Counted from the whole stretch's first letter, positions 12,130 to 23,883 are shown. The stretch is DNA of 63,048 bases, filler included, from Globobulimina sp. (GCA_003354225.1; 31 parts of 31 records of this genome joined end to end with filler, not necessarily neighbours in it); one strand, 5' to 3'. Program-made: numbers and translations. The notes: a model not told the origin generated them from the sequence alone.

Positions 12130-12460
12130 NNNNNNNNNNNNNNNNNNNNNNNNNNNNNNNNNNNNNNNNNNNNTTAATTAATTAANNNNNNNNNNNNNNN
12201 NNNNNNNNNNNNNNNNNNNNNNNNNNNNNGTATCAGGAGGTACATCTGAAGAAAAGTAATAAATGAAGTCATCAATAAACAAAACAAAACAAAAAACACA
12301 AACAACTCATCAATAAACAAACAAAACAAAAAATCCAAACAAAACAACAAAAACTGGAAAACGAAAAACAAATCTGTACATTTGTCGACAACAAACATAA
12401 AATTAATTCGACAAACATGCCAAAAAAGCAAACAAACACATCACAAAAATTAATTTGTTA

Positions 12461-13570
12461 TCATTTGGTATACACAATGGCTGTTTCAAGACTTTGCTGG
12501 TTTTGATGATGTTGCGATGCCATTTTGGGATCTTTTTTGGACGAATCCATTGAATTCATATTATTATTTTTATTTTCTTCTGTTATGGTGAATTGTTGTA
12601 ATTTATGCAATTCCCATTCCAATCCATTATCAATTAATGATTTACATTTACAGCAACAAAACATAATATATATTTTGGATCCCTTCAATATTTGTAAAAA
12701 ACGAATATATTGCTCATTATTATGTTCTTGCATTAACAATGCAGAATAATTCATAATCACAAAAAATAGATTGCCAACCACTGCATACAATATCCACAGA
12801 TCAAAGAACACACAGACCACAACCATCAATGCTGATACTTCATACAAAATGGTTAATATTATAATCTTATTTAATATGTATTTGGTCCTCATCTCGATGT
12901 CTTTGTTTTTATTGATAGTCATTTTGTTAAATTTCATTAATTTAATAATACATAAAACCAATGTGGTTAAATCCCATACAATGTAAATTAAATAACATGT
13001 TAACTCTCTAAGGTCCGAAGTTTCAGTAAATTCTCCAAAATATCTTACCACAAAAAAATTTAATTCTGAATCATATCCACATTTCCCGACAACATTATCC
13101 ATCACACAGCTGATTACAATGAAGATGATAAGTAAGCCGCCAATGGTATACATGGAAAGAAATAAATTATTCGAATAGCCATTGTTTGAATGAACCTGCG
13201 ATTTTGCACAGCAATAATATAAGCGCGATAATTGAAAATATCCCATAAATACGCCTTGAGCACCAAAGAAGGCGCGGCCTAATGCATAGGAGAAATGACA
13301 GAATATGGAAGGAATATATTGTAACATTATAAATAGCGGTGCCAAAGTTCCAGCAGTGATGCATAATAAAGGAAATATTTTGAAATATAGTGATACGTAC
13401 AGAATATGATCACCTTTTCGTTTCTGCAATTCTTTTTTTAAGATGTATGAAGTGAGCATTGTGGCAACAAAACCAGCACCAACAGACACTATCCAGGTAG
13501 CAGGAGTTTCATTAATATAACGGGATAAATTATCATTTTGTGGTATGGAGGGATGTGTGGTATTGAACAT
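12461..13570 (-). CDS. 7TM GPCR-like protein
   Basis: Intronless, seven hydrophobic segments, TM3-like FMGYFQLSRLYYC and a Cys-rich juxtamembrane tail (FCCCKC). Confidence 0.75.
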   Translation of the reverse strand: MFNTTHPSIPQNDNLSRYINETPATWIVSVGAGFVATMLTSYILKKELQKRKGDHILYVSLYFKIFPLLCITAGTLAPLFIMLQYIPSIFCHFSYALGRAFFGAQGVFMGYFQLSRLYYCCAKSQVHSNNGYSNNLFLSMYTIGGLLIIFIVISCVMDNVVGKCGYDSELNFFVVRYFGEFTETSDLRELTCYLIYIVWDLTTLVLCIIKLMKFNKMTINKNKDIEMRTKYILNKIIILTILYEVSALMVVVCVFFDLWILYAVVGNLFFVIMNYSALLMQEHNNEQYIRFLQILKGSKIYIMFCCCKCKSLIDNGLEWELHKLQQFTITEENKNNNMNSMDSSKKDPKMASQHHQNQQSLETAIVYTK

Positions 13571-13600
13571 TTTTGCTCTCCCAGTTTTTGTCAACTAGTC

Positions 13601-14167
13601 ATGAGTAACAATACAACCTTTGAATATGCAGTAGGCACTGTAGTAAATGTCCGTTATGGCGGAAATCAACGAACCTATCAGCCAGCCACAGTGATTCGGA
13701 AACACGACTATGATCGATATGATGTCGAATTCAAATCCACTGCGAAAATACACACTGTCTTTTTTGACGATATTGACCATAATATTTATGAATCATTGTT
13801 AGTGTCAATAAAATCTGAGGAACCAAAAAACAATCAATATCATAAAAATAAAAAATGGAAATACTTTAAACAACGATACTTTATCAAAACCAAAGCACAG
13901 AGGACTGGGCTCGTTGTATCATACTCGAAGCGATACGATGCAAACAATCCCTTTATTAAACATAAAATATGCATCCTGTGCTGGACAGATATTTATTGTG
14001 CTTTGTATTACCACATTAATAACATTGCGCAACAACACAGAACACTTCTTTTTTAATTCAAAACAATCATTTCATGGCATATTCGATTCTTCCAATTCAC
14101 ATTACATGGTACAAACACAAACATTGCTGTCTGACATACAAAATAAGTTTGCTATTTTTGCTGCTTT
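13601..14167 (+). CDS. Protein with an N-terminal Tudor/SH3-like domain, partial
   Basis: YAVGTVVNVRY..YQPATVIRKHDYDRYDVEF is a Tudor/Agenet-type pattern. The downstream frame is unclear. Confidence 0.55.
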
Positions 14168-14267
14168 NNNNNNNNNNNNNNNNNNNNNNNNNNNNNNNNN
14201 NNNNNNNNNNNTTAATTAATTAANNNNNNNNNNNNNNNNNNNNNNNNNNNNNNNNNNNNNNNNNNNN

Positions 14268-14989
14268 TTGTAAGTCATTTAATGCTTGCACTGGTTCGAA
14301 ATATCCAGCCTCTTCCTCGCAAAAAAAGTAAGATGAATCATCCATTTCTTTTTCTATCCATTCAGTATTACCTTTGAAATTTGTTTTTAATGTCAAGCTG
14401 TAATTACAATGTTGACAACAAATTGCAAGGCGGAGAAAAAAAGTAATTTACCTTCATTGTCAAACATAGCGCAGTCACTGTTAATTTGAGGGAATCTGTG
14501 TTTCATTGTATCTTTATCAATAATACTAGTTTCTATATTTAATTTTTTATATTTCTCATATTGTTCAGTAACTTCATATTCATTCATTGCTGCTGTTATT
14601 AATAAACATGTTTTTGTATAAATGCCGGATGCGTCTTTATACTGTAGATAATCGGTCCAATTTTGATAATGATACATTCCATTTTGAGCAACTTTTATCA
14701 TATTTTCGAGCGTATAATAACTTCTGCAGATTGCAGAGGATGCGCCGGAAGAACCATATCCGGGACCTGGGCATTTCTCGAATACTTTCACTTTTGTATT
14801 TGAGCTGCGTCTGGCAATTTGATATGCTGTGTTTAAGCCCATAATGCCACTCCCAATTACTGCAATGTCGCAGCGTTCATTATCAACACCCGACGAAAAA
14901 TACATGTGGCTGTTAGCGTGTATTGGAGAAATACATGCTCTATGACTCTGAGAATAGCTTTTGAGGAATGATTGTCGGAACACAGACAT
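14268..14989 (-). CDS. FAD-dependent oxidoreductase (DAO/sarcosine oxidase family), probably mitochondrial, 3' partial
   Basis: Ser/Arg-rich presequence, Rossmann motif DIAVIGSGIMG..FEK..GSSGASSAI, and intron 14372-14451 leading to EEEAGYFEP. Confidence 0.85.
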
Positions 14990-15014
14990 GGTTTTCAACG
15001 ACTAGTCAGTATTA

Positions 15015-16148
15015 ATGGACTTCATCAAAAAACTATTTTCTTCAATGTCCACCAAACCTGCAATCAGTGAAGAAAAAGAGGTTGACAATGATGAACATGA
15101 GTTGATAGAATGGCTACAAAAGAATGATTTATCCGATATTCAACATGCATTGATACAAAAAAAATACACATTACTAACTTTCAAATACTTAAATCCCTCT
15201 GACATGGATTCCGTAATCGAAGACTTAAAAACTGATTCAAATCTAAAATTGACAGTGCCGCAGGTATTAAGATTTAAAGCCGCAGTGAAAAACTTATCAG
15301 CTGCCTCCAAACCAACCTCTCGGCATCACAAGAGTTCCAAATCAGAGTATACATATTCTATAGATTTGAATGAGTTTTATTCCACCACGCAAACCATAAC
15401 AATTATCGGCGGCTCTCGCGTTGGAAAGTCGTCCATCAAAGACGTGATTATTGGCGGCACCTTCGATGAGAATCGATTCCCAACCATCCGCATGAAGGAG
15501 CAGCCCGAATTATATATTGCGCAAATCAAACGAGCGCGGTCTGCGTCGTCGGCACTTTACAATGACAGGAAAAACATTGAGGTCAAGTACCATATTTGGG
15601 ACTGTCCCGGACAAAAAGCATTGGAGCATATACCACCTTTATATATTACAGGTATGTATGATTGGTTTAATATGTTTGCTATGCATTTATTGATCTGTTT
15701 TTAAGGAGCAATGGCGATATTGATTGTGTATGATATCACGGATAATGTGACATGGAAGCGAGCCATTGAATGGATGCGATATATACGGGACGAAGCAAAG
15801 GGGTATGATCGGGTTTTGGTGGTTGGAAATAAGAAAGATTTGGCAGGCAAAAGGGAGGTCACTTACGAGGAAGCAAATAATGAATGTATGGGCTTTGGCT
15901 ATAATTATATTGAAACGTCTGCTAAGTCTGGAACAAATATCAATACATTGCAGAAATGGTTCGATTCGCACACACAGAATAAGGTTGAGAATAAAATTAA
16001 GGAATATAATCGCAATGATGAGTGGAAAAATGAACGTATTCGATTGGAGGCTGTGTTGGAGAAACATAAAAATGATAAGAAGGATGGTGGAAAAAATGAT
16101 GAAGCGAAAGAGGAGAAAGAAGATTTGTTTTCGTGTTGTGATTTTTAA
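15015..16148 (+). CDS. Rab-like small GTPase with an N-terminal SAM-like domain
   Basis: Intron 15652-15705 joins YITG|AMAILIVYD. G1 GGSRVGKSS, G3 WDCPGQ, G4 NKKD, G5 ETSAK, C-terminal CCDF. The N-terminus LIEWLQKNDL..LTVPQVLRFKAAV is SAM-like. Confidence 0.85.
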
Positions 16149-16507
16149 GGGTGTCTGGCTACGTATACTGTAAAAATATATACTATAATCCATCAATGAT
16201 ATAGANNNNNNNNNNNNNNNNNNNNNNNNNNNNNNNNNNNNNNNNNNNNTTAATTAATTAANNNNNNNNNNNNNNNNNNNNNNNNNNNNNNNNNNNNNNN
16301 NNNNNTTGGATTGGACCTGGACTGGCGAGAGGAGGTTGTTTTGACGCTCGGAGCTCTCTAACGCTAAACGAGAAATTATCGACCAAAAAATAATAAAAAT
16401 TATTATTTTTTCTATCTTTCTAAATATTTATCTATACATCAAAAGGAAGCTATCAGGAAGATCCTAATAATTAGGGGCACAGCCCCGGGTGTCGCAGCCT
16501 CTGAACC

Positions 16508-18243
16508 ATGGCCGAATCTAAGGAAAAATCCATAAATCCAGGTATTAATAAAAATGTTCTAAATATTAAAAATTCTAAAAATTCAAAAAATATTTGTTGT
16601 AATGACTGTTCATATGAGTGCGTTCATAATTATGTACCTACTAACAATATTTGTTCGACTATTGATACTAACAATATTATTTTACCGACAAGTTCTACGA
16701 CAGATTTATCTACTAACACTAATCCCCCGGCCGAAAGACAAAAATACGAAAGAAAAGCTAAATCTAAATTTCAAAAAGTTGTTGATGAGAGAAACCAAAG
16801 AAATGAAGAACGAAAGAAGAGTATGGAAGATCGAAAAATTGCTAAATTGCAAAAAAATTCGACCGTTGAAGAAGAAAAATCTAAAATATCGTCTAATTCT
16901 AAGCGAAAATCGCTAAATGTCCCAAATTCTAAACTTATAAGGCAAAATGCCGTTACATCTAATACTATCGACAACAACAAACCTACTGAGAGAATAGAAA
17001 AGGCGAATTCGTCAATTCTAAATGATCTAAAAAGACTGAAATTGGCTGCAAAATCTTTCGAATCAGTAGAACCAAAATTGACTCCTTATGTGCCTGAAGG
17101 GCTAAATCTTAGCTTTTTAGACACTTCAATATCATCAACACCGTCTATGATAGAGGATGAAATCATATATAGCCCTGAATCTTCCATTAAATCCCAAAAT
17201 TCTGTCCAAAATAACGACGAGGAAAATGATACTATATGTATCGACAAATTAAACGAAATACCATATACTTCTACTGTTACACCAACGTTTGAACAACCAT
17301 CAACCTCAACTATATCATCAACAGGACCCGAAAACTCATCGGGGGTCCCGACGGACGATCAAAACTCTAAGAATTCGACTTTTAAAAACGACGGTGAATT
17401 CGATACGGTATTTTCCCCTAAAATACAAGATTTACGCAATGTATCAACCAGTAATGTACCTCTATCATCAATTGAATCAATAATAGAAACCGATATACCA
17501 TGGGTGGATCCTACGAACGTCCAAAATTCTAAAAATTCTAAAAATTCGATTCCAAGACTGAAAAAAGCTGCAAAATCTATCGAAACTACAGAACCAAAAA
17601 TAACGCCTTATGTTCCTGAAAAGCTAAATCTTAGCTTTTTAGACAGTCCAACTATATCATCAACATCGACTCTAGATGTTAGAATCCCTGAAAGCCCAAA
17701 ATCTTCCCTTAAATCCCAAAATTCTATTCAAAAAAACGACGACGAAAATAATAAAATATGCATCGACAAAATAACTGAAATACCATATTCATCTACCGAT
17801 ATATCGAAGCTTAAAGAACCACCAACCTCAGCTATATCATCATCAGAACCCGATATATCATCGGGGGAACATACGAACGTTCAAAAATCTAAAAATTCAA
17901 TTTCAAAAAACGACGGTGAAATCGTTACGGTATTTTCCCCTAAAATTCCTGATTTACGCTATGTATCTATCAATACTATATTACCAACATCAGTTACTTC
18001 TATCTATTCATCTACTTCATCTATACTATATCCTCAATCTGATAAATTATCGGAAAGATCTCCAAAAACCCAAAAATCGCCAAATTCAATAACACAAAAC
18101 GACGGGAAAAACGATACTGTATTTTCCGATAATAAACCTGATTTACGATATGTTTCGAATATTGCAATTATTCCAACAACTACATCACAATCATCTACAA
18201 CCATCCGACCCGATATAAAGTCGGAGAGGTCTCAAAAATTACC
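16508..18243 (+). CDS. Intronless Ser/Thr/Lys-rich protein with long internal repeats, 3' partial
   Basis: Open for more than 570 codons. A ~174-aa block is duplicated (RLK.AAKS.E..EPK.TPYVPE.LNLSFLD). Confidence 0.65.
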
Positions 18244-18343
18244 NNNNNNNNNNNNNNNNNNNNNNNNNNNNNNNNNNNNNNNNNNNNTTAATTAATTAAN
18301 NNNNNNNNNNNNNNNNNNNNNNNNNNNNNNNNNNNNNNNNNNN

Positions 18344-18674
18344 GTTGGGCAGTTGGTTACAAACAATATTATTATTGATTATAAATAATACAGTTTATTG
18401 GGTTCGAAATGATTTAAATAAATCAAAATTAGAGAATTATTTTATTCTATGTGCGCTTTTGTTGGTTGTTGATATATTAATATTTGTTATTTATGCAAAG
18501 ATATATAAATATCAAAATATTGAGTATCCGAAATACACACAAATTACAACAGTGACAAAAACAAGATCTGATACAAGTGATCTTTTCAATCTTGACGAGT
18601 ATACACAAGAAACACATGCATTAAATGCTCAAAATGCGAATGCAAACTACGATGCTTGTTCAACAAATGTATAA
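18344..18674 (+). CDS. C-terminal fragment of a membrane transporter (possibly POT/MFS)
   Basis: Two TM helices, with DLNKSKLENYFILCALL...IYAKIYKY resembling the PTR2/POT C-terminus. Confidence 0.5.
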
Positions 18675-18708
18675 CACTTTACATATTTAAAAAAAAGTTA
18701 CGGTCATA

Positions 18709-19698
18709 TCACTGAACCACCATCTTGTCATATTTCACAGTAAATGTAAATATTGACTGTTTATTCCTTTTCTTAAACTTACCATCCACCACCATGTTCA
18801 TACTAAATTTTATATTTTGATTATTTTTACATTGTTTGGCAACATTCAATGTTGACGTACACAACAAATCATCTTTAACCACAAGATTTGCATCATATAT
18901 TTGAATAAAAATTGCTTCCTTTTCGTTTACAGATAAAAGTAAATATTCCTCCCATTTTGGATTAGTACTATTCTGAATCACTTTTGTTTTGACAGACTGA
19001 CCATTGCTATTTCTAAACACAGCATAGGCGTCACTCTCTTTTGGCAAATTAGTAGCACCCATCACATATATCTCTATAACGCCCGAATACAGCACCATTC
19101 CATAGCTATTTTCCATTGTATTTGCATCCATGGCAGCATTTATTTCATCAAATATCGGCGGCAATGGAGATAACTGCGGCTGATGAATGAAGGCAGGTTC
19201 TAACCGGTTTGTTATTTTATAGTCGCGTTGATTAATACCGACATATTTGGCAATAATATACTTTTTACGGAGATGTTTGGATGAATTAGAGGTTGGTTTT
19301 ACATACGATCGATCGACATGGAATTCCCATTTTGCATTAAATTCTTCATTCGATTCGCACATATTATCAACCATAGATTGCGTCCATTTGTCCAATGTAA
19401 TTGATCTCACTTTGGATACATCGGTACCTAAACTACGATGAACAGAGCAACATTTTATGCACAGAAGAATGCCTCGACATATTTCTGCCCATTTTGGGTT
19501 TGTATCGTCACAGTCTGCGCATTGGCTCCATTGTTGTGTTATTGTTGCAAGTCTCGGGAATAGATCTACAGCTGATATTATCTCTGGATATATCACAGGT
19601 TTTCTTGACGCGTTCACTGATTCGTTTCTTGCCAACAAACTCATTCTTGCTGCGTTCCACTCTCCATATCCTGGAGTACAGCCACAAACCGCACCCAT
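18709..19698 (-). CDS. ArfGAP domain plus C2 domain protein
   Basis: CADC-x16-CIKC..HRSLG..VSKVRSITLDKW, then C2 motif DAYAVF..KTKVIQNSTNPKWEE..IYDANLVVKDD. MGAVCGC is an acylation-like N-terminus. Confidence 0.92.
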   Translation of the reverse strand: MGAVCGCTPGYGEWNAARMSLLARNESVNASRKPVIYPEIISAVDLFPRLATITQQWSQCADCDDTNPKWAEICRGILLCIKCCSVHRSLGTDVSKVRSITLDKWTQSMVDNMCESNEEFNAKWEFHVDRSYVKPTSNSSKHLRKKYIIAKYVGINQRDYKITNRLEPAFIHQPQLSPLPPIFDEINAAMDANTMENSYGMVLYSGVIEIYVMGATNLPKESDAYAVFRNSNGQSVKTKVIQNSTNPKWEEYLLLSVNEKEAIFIQIYDANLVVKDDLLCTSTLNVAKQCKNNQNIKFSMNMVVDGKFKKRNKQSIFTFTVKYDKMVVQ

Positions 19699-20380
19699 GA
19701 TGATTAATTAATTTTACTTGAGAGATGAATAGTTAATTATCCTTGCACAACAAGCTATGATTAACATAAACCTAAATCTGTATACGAGGATACATAAGAG
19801 TTAACCGCACAATGTCACCGTCATTTGGCTTATAATCTTGTAATATATAAACTGGAATTCCATTTTCACAGTGAAGTTGATACTGTGCATGTGATATATT
19901 TTGTATATACGATTCTAAACCAGTCCTATTAATTATGTCTTTAATTGTTTCACCATATTTTACCCCTAAACATCTGATCCCTTTGCGAACCGAATTTTAA
20001 TTTTCAAATCATGATCAACATCAAAAAGAATATCGCCATCACCATATACCATAAACAAACACAATCCACGAATTGGTTCTAAACACAATTCGGAGCTTAA
20101 TTCTTGCTCTTCACAATATAATCGAGCATCATTTGCCGTATTTGATCTTAGCATAAATTTTTATATTCATCTCAGACTCAGAAGCGTTATGTCTTACTCA
20201 TTAGTCTTACTCATTAACATCCCACTATTCGCATAATATTTTATTCTTTGTTTTAACACTTTGATATTATTACATTTTATNNNNNNNNNNNNNNNNNNNN
20301 NNNNNNNNNNNNNNNNNNNNNNNNTTAATTAATTAANNNNNNNNNNNNNNNNNNNNNNNNNNNNNNNNNNNNNNNNNNNN

Positions 20381-20600
20381 CATTTTGATTTTTAGCAAAT
20401 ATCCAGAAAAGAGGAAGGAGTTAGAAGTGGCCTTTGATGGAACGGCCAAACAGATTGAAATGCTGATGAATGACTCATATGTCCGATTCAGGCAAACCCA
20501 AACTTATCATCGATTGTTAAAACAGTTAATCAAAGATCAGAGGAAAAACGGCAAAAATAATAAGGACAATTTTTTCAATAATGTTTGTAAAGCTAGTTAA
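20381..20600 (+). CDS. C-terminal exon of an RGS-domain protein
   Basis: AFDGTAKQIEMLMNDSYVRFRQTQTYHRL matches RGS helices 7-9. Confidence 0.75.
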
Positions 20601-20745
20601 TTTTAATATTTTTATATTTTTCTTGCAATTGTATTGGTTTCGATGAATGGCAGTTATATATTGCTTGATTGTATCAACAAATGAAGTTTTAATTAAAATT
20701 AAATGTTGTTGTCCTTGCACTGAGACTGAGGAAAGTTTAATGACT

Positions 20746-21480
20746 TTAATTGATAAATTCATAATTTATTATTTCAACTTGATCGCCTTTCCCTAACAAT
20801 GAAAATCCTATTCTTATTTTGTTGTGCTTGCGCAATGACAATGTCTCTACAAAGATGTGGTTGTGATGTAATTCCAATGTGTCTTGTTCGAATTTAAACG
20901 AGAGTCGAAATACATCATCTTGGCCGAAACTCTTTTTTGGAACATATGCTAAAGCCATATTTTCATGTCCTTTCCGTTGCACATAAAAATTATTCTGAAC
21001 ATGATCTACAAATATTCCATTACAATGTTCAAGGTTTGGCCGAGTGCCCAAGTACGCATTCCAATCCACAACAGATTGCTCTATCGTCGATGTAATATAT
21101 CCCATAATAAATTCAGTCACACATTTTTTCCATTTTATATCTATATTGAATATACTGCACTGTTTATTTGTCACTTCTTCACCAAAAATACAAGTCGACC
21201 ATCCACCATCAGCTATTTTCGTCACAATGGTATCACTCAAATAATGTAAATCATCTCCATGCTTAAGAGTTGGATCGAATGTGAAGTCAAGAAAATAGTA
21301 CAGTACAACAATTAATATGATTCCTTCTGGCATGTCATATGAATATGATACATTACCATTATGTTTTGAAAATTGTTGGTATTTTCGGATATAACCACGG
21401 ACAATATCCTTGGTGAATTGATCAATTCTTTTCTTTTTTGTGGTTGAATTAAATTTGTTTTGTTTTATAGACAGTGACAT
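20746..21480 (-). CDS. SPRY/B30.2-like beta-sandwich protein with an N-terminal V.GYIR..P..I..YY module
   Basis: IVRGYIRK..MPEGIILIVVLYY followed by a beta-rich domain (FIMGYI, FGQDDVFRLSF, IRIGFSLL). Confidence 0.65.
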   Translation of the reverse strand: MSLSIKQNKFNSTTKKKRIDQFTKDIVRGYIRKYQQFSKHNGNVSYSYDMPEGIILIVVLYYFLDFTFDPTLKHGDDLHYLSDTIVTKIADGGWSTCIFGEEVTNKQCSIFNIDIKWKKCVTEFIMGYITSTIEQSVVDWNAYLGTRPNLEHCNGIFVDHVQNNFYVQRKGHENMALAYVPKKSFGQDDVFRLSFKFEQDTLELHHNHIFVETLSLRKHNKIRIGFSLLGKGDQVEIINYEFIN

Positions 21481-21513
21481 CTTGAAGTTTTTTGTCAAAG
21501 CCTTACTTAAAGC

Positions 21514-22317
21514 ATGCAACCCCCACCGTTACCAGATGAGTCAAAGGGTGATTTTACAATAACGCCAGACGTATGTACAGATTTGTTATACCACTCAAAA
21601 AGTAACAAACACCGAACAAATTAGGAAACAAAACGTTTGGAAGAATGTTTTAAAGATCGACAATTCCGAGACTTATTAAGCGATTATGTAAAAGAAATAA
21701 GTAATCCAAAAACAAAAATAGCGTATGAAGAATATCTAAAACAAGTCGAGAGCGAAGGTGGTTCGCCAGAAAATCGGAAATTAATGAAACCGCATCCAAT
21801 GTTTTGCATCAAAGCAAAAATTATTCCAAATACTGACAATGACAATGATAAATCATCAAAAACGCTAAAATATATTTTTGTAAATTGTTGTTACGGGAAA
21901 TTAGTCCAAGATGCAAAATTAACAAAATCCTCTGGTTTTGATCATGTATTAAATTGTTCCGGCTCTAAACGCGCCGGATTATGTTGGCAGATTCCATATA
22001 TTTTAGGACATAAAAGGTTTGATAGCAATGACGGAAGTATTATTTATGACATTGCATTCTCTGAAAACACAAAAACAAATTTAAATCAACGAGAACGTTT
22101 TAAAAACATTGTGATCAAAACTGCATTGGAAGCGGTTGACAGTGCAGAGACGGAATATAATTTATATATAAATAAGAAAAAACACAAAACATTAAAAACA
22201 AAGAAGTTTAAAGGTGCGATTGCGCCGCCTTTGATGTCTGTTTTTATAGAGACTGAAATACAAATGATTAATAAAATCAAAAAAATCAAAAAAATCCCGG
22301 AATTGGAAGAAATAAAA
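21514..22317 (+). CDS. DNAAF2: Kintoun/PF13 (PIH1 family) dynein assembly factor, 3' partial
   Basis: Exon 1 21514-21570 and a 54-nt intron 21571-21624. TKRLEECFKDRQFRDLLSDYVKEISNPK..YEEYLKQVE, KPHPMFCIK, IFVNCC and WQIPYILG match the Kintoun N-terminus and PIH1 domain. Confidence 0.85.
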
Positions 22318-22527
22318 NNNNNNNNNNNNNNNNNNNNNNNNNNNNNNNNNNNNNNNNNNNNTTAATTAATTAANNNNNNNNNNNNNNNNNNNNNNNNNNN
22401 NNNNNNNNNNNNNNNNNTTAAAAATCCAATCTCGGCTAGAAGTGACTGTAAAGGTGACATGCTTTCGAATGTTTAACCTCCGAACTTAATTGGCAGTAGT
22501 CAATTCTTCAGAAACGGTTCAAATATC

Positions 22528-23883
22528 ATGTCTTTCAAACAGCTCCTATTTTTATCAAATATTTTTTTCATTGGATTTAGTAATCATATATGCAATGTAG
22601 ACGATGTATATGCTCATAAATGTCCGGGCTGGATCCCTATTGACAATCCAACCCTCATTTCAGCAGTGGATGGTGTCAAAGTAGCATTAACAGATGCAAA
22701 GAATAAAGAAGGTGCAGCCTGTTTAGATGGTAGTGTCCCAGTCATGTATTATCGTGAAGCACAAGACAGTTCAGCCCGCAATAAATGGCATGTATTTTTC
22801 GAAGGTGGTGGTGCCTGCGTAGGGGATACCAGTGGAGATTATGAGCCATGCTTTGATTCCTGTGAACATCGAGCGGGCACAAGTCTTGGTTCCAGTGCAG
22901 GATACCCAGCACATTCTAATTTTGATAATGGATATATGTCAACCAATAAAAATACCAATCCTTTAGCATATAATTGGAATACAATATATGTCAAATATTG
23001 TGATGGTGGTTGTCATTCAGGCGATAATTCAACCACTGTCAAAGCAGGTAACTATGAGTTACATTTTCGTGGATTACGTAATGTCCAGGGCGTATTTGCA
23101 GAACTTATTGCAAATTATAACTTTTCTTCAGCCACAGATGTCTTAGTCAGCGGTTGTTCAGCTGGCGGAGTTGCAACCTACTCGCACGCACAAATGATAT
23201 ATGATAATTATGTCCCTCCAGGTGCACATTTTATGGCTATGCCTGATTCCGGATTTTTTTTAGAAGTTGAAAGTCGCGGAAGGTTTATTGATGCAAATCG
23301 ATGGGTTTTTGAAAACATGAACACAAGCGCTTCAATGTCGGCAGCGTGTTTAGAGAAATATGCATCGGATCCATTCCAATGTGGCTTTGCGCAGAATATG
23401 GTTGAATTTATACAGGTGCCAATGTTTGCGTTGCAGGCACGATTTGATGCATGGCAGACTTTGTGCATTATAGAAACAGTAAATCCTGCCGTTATTAATG
23501 AATATGGCAATAATTTTACAAGGATATTTATGAATAGTTTTATTAATGGAGGTGATTTTCATGTTAATCATGGAGCATTTTTAGATTCATGTCATCATCA
23601 TTGCGGTTTGTATTGTATTGTGTTATTATATATTTACATAATAATATATTTGTAGGGGAATGGAATGCGATGCATGTTAATGGTATGGATCAAAGTGAAG
23701 CAGAACTTCAATTTTGGTCAAAACATGCTGCTACGGATCAACATTTATGGTATGCATTTTATTTTATTTTATATTATATTTATCATACTAGTATTTAATT
23801 AATGTTATCGTGATATATATATATATACATTTTCTAGGTTTCAAAACGCAACCTATCCGTGCTCAAGTTGTTGCAATGATTAA
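22528..23883 (+). CDS. Pectin acetylesterase / Notum family secreted hydrolase
   Basis: Signal peptide, GAACLDGS, FEGGGAC, YCDGG, nucleophile motif GCSAGG and DSCHHHC. Two short introns near the 3' end. Confidence 0.92.

Noticed and set aside
16323-16337. TGGCGAGAGGAGG as a retroelement primer-binding site
   Set aside because: Not preceded by an LTR-like CA end, and I cannot match it to a tRNA 3' end.
19966-20216. 62-aa ORF beside a 13-bp tandem duplication (GTCTTACTCATTA x2)
   Set aside because: Too short, with no recognisable motif. It cannot be supported as a gene.
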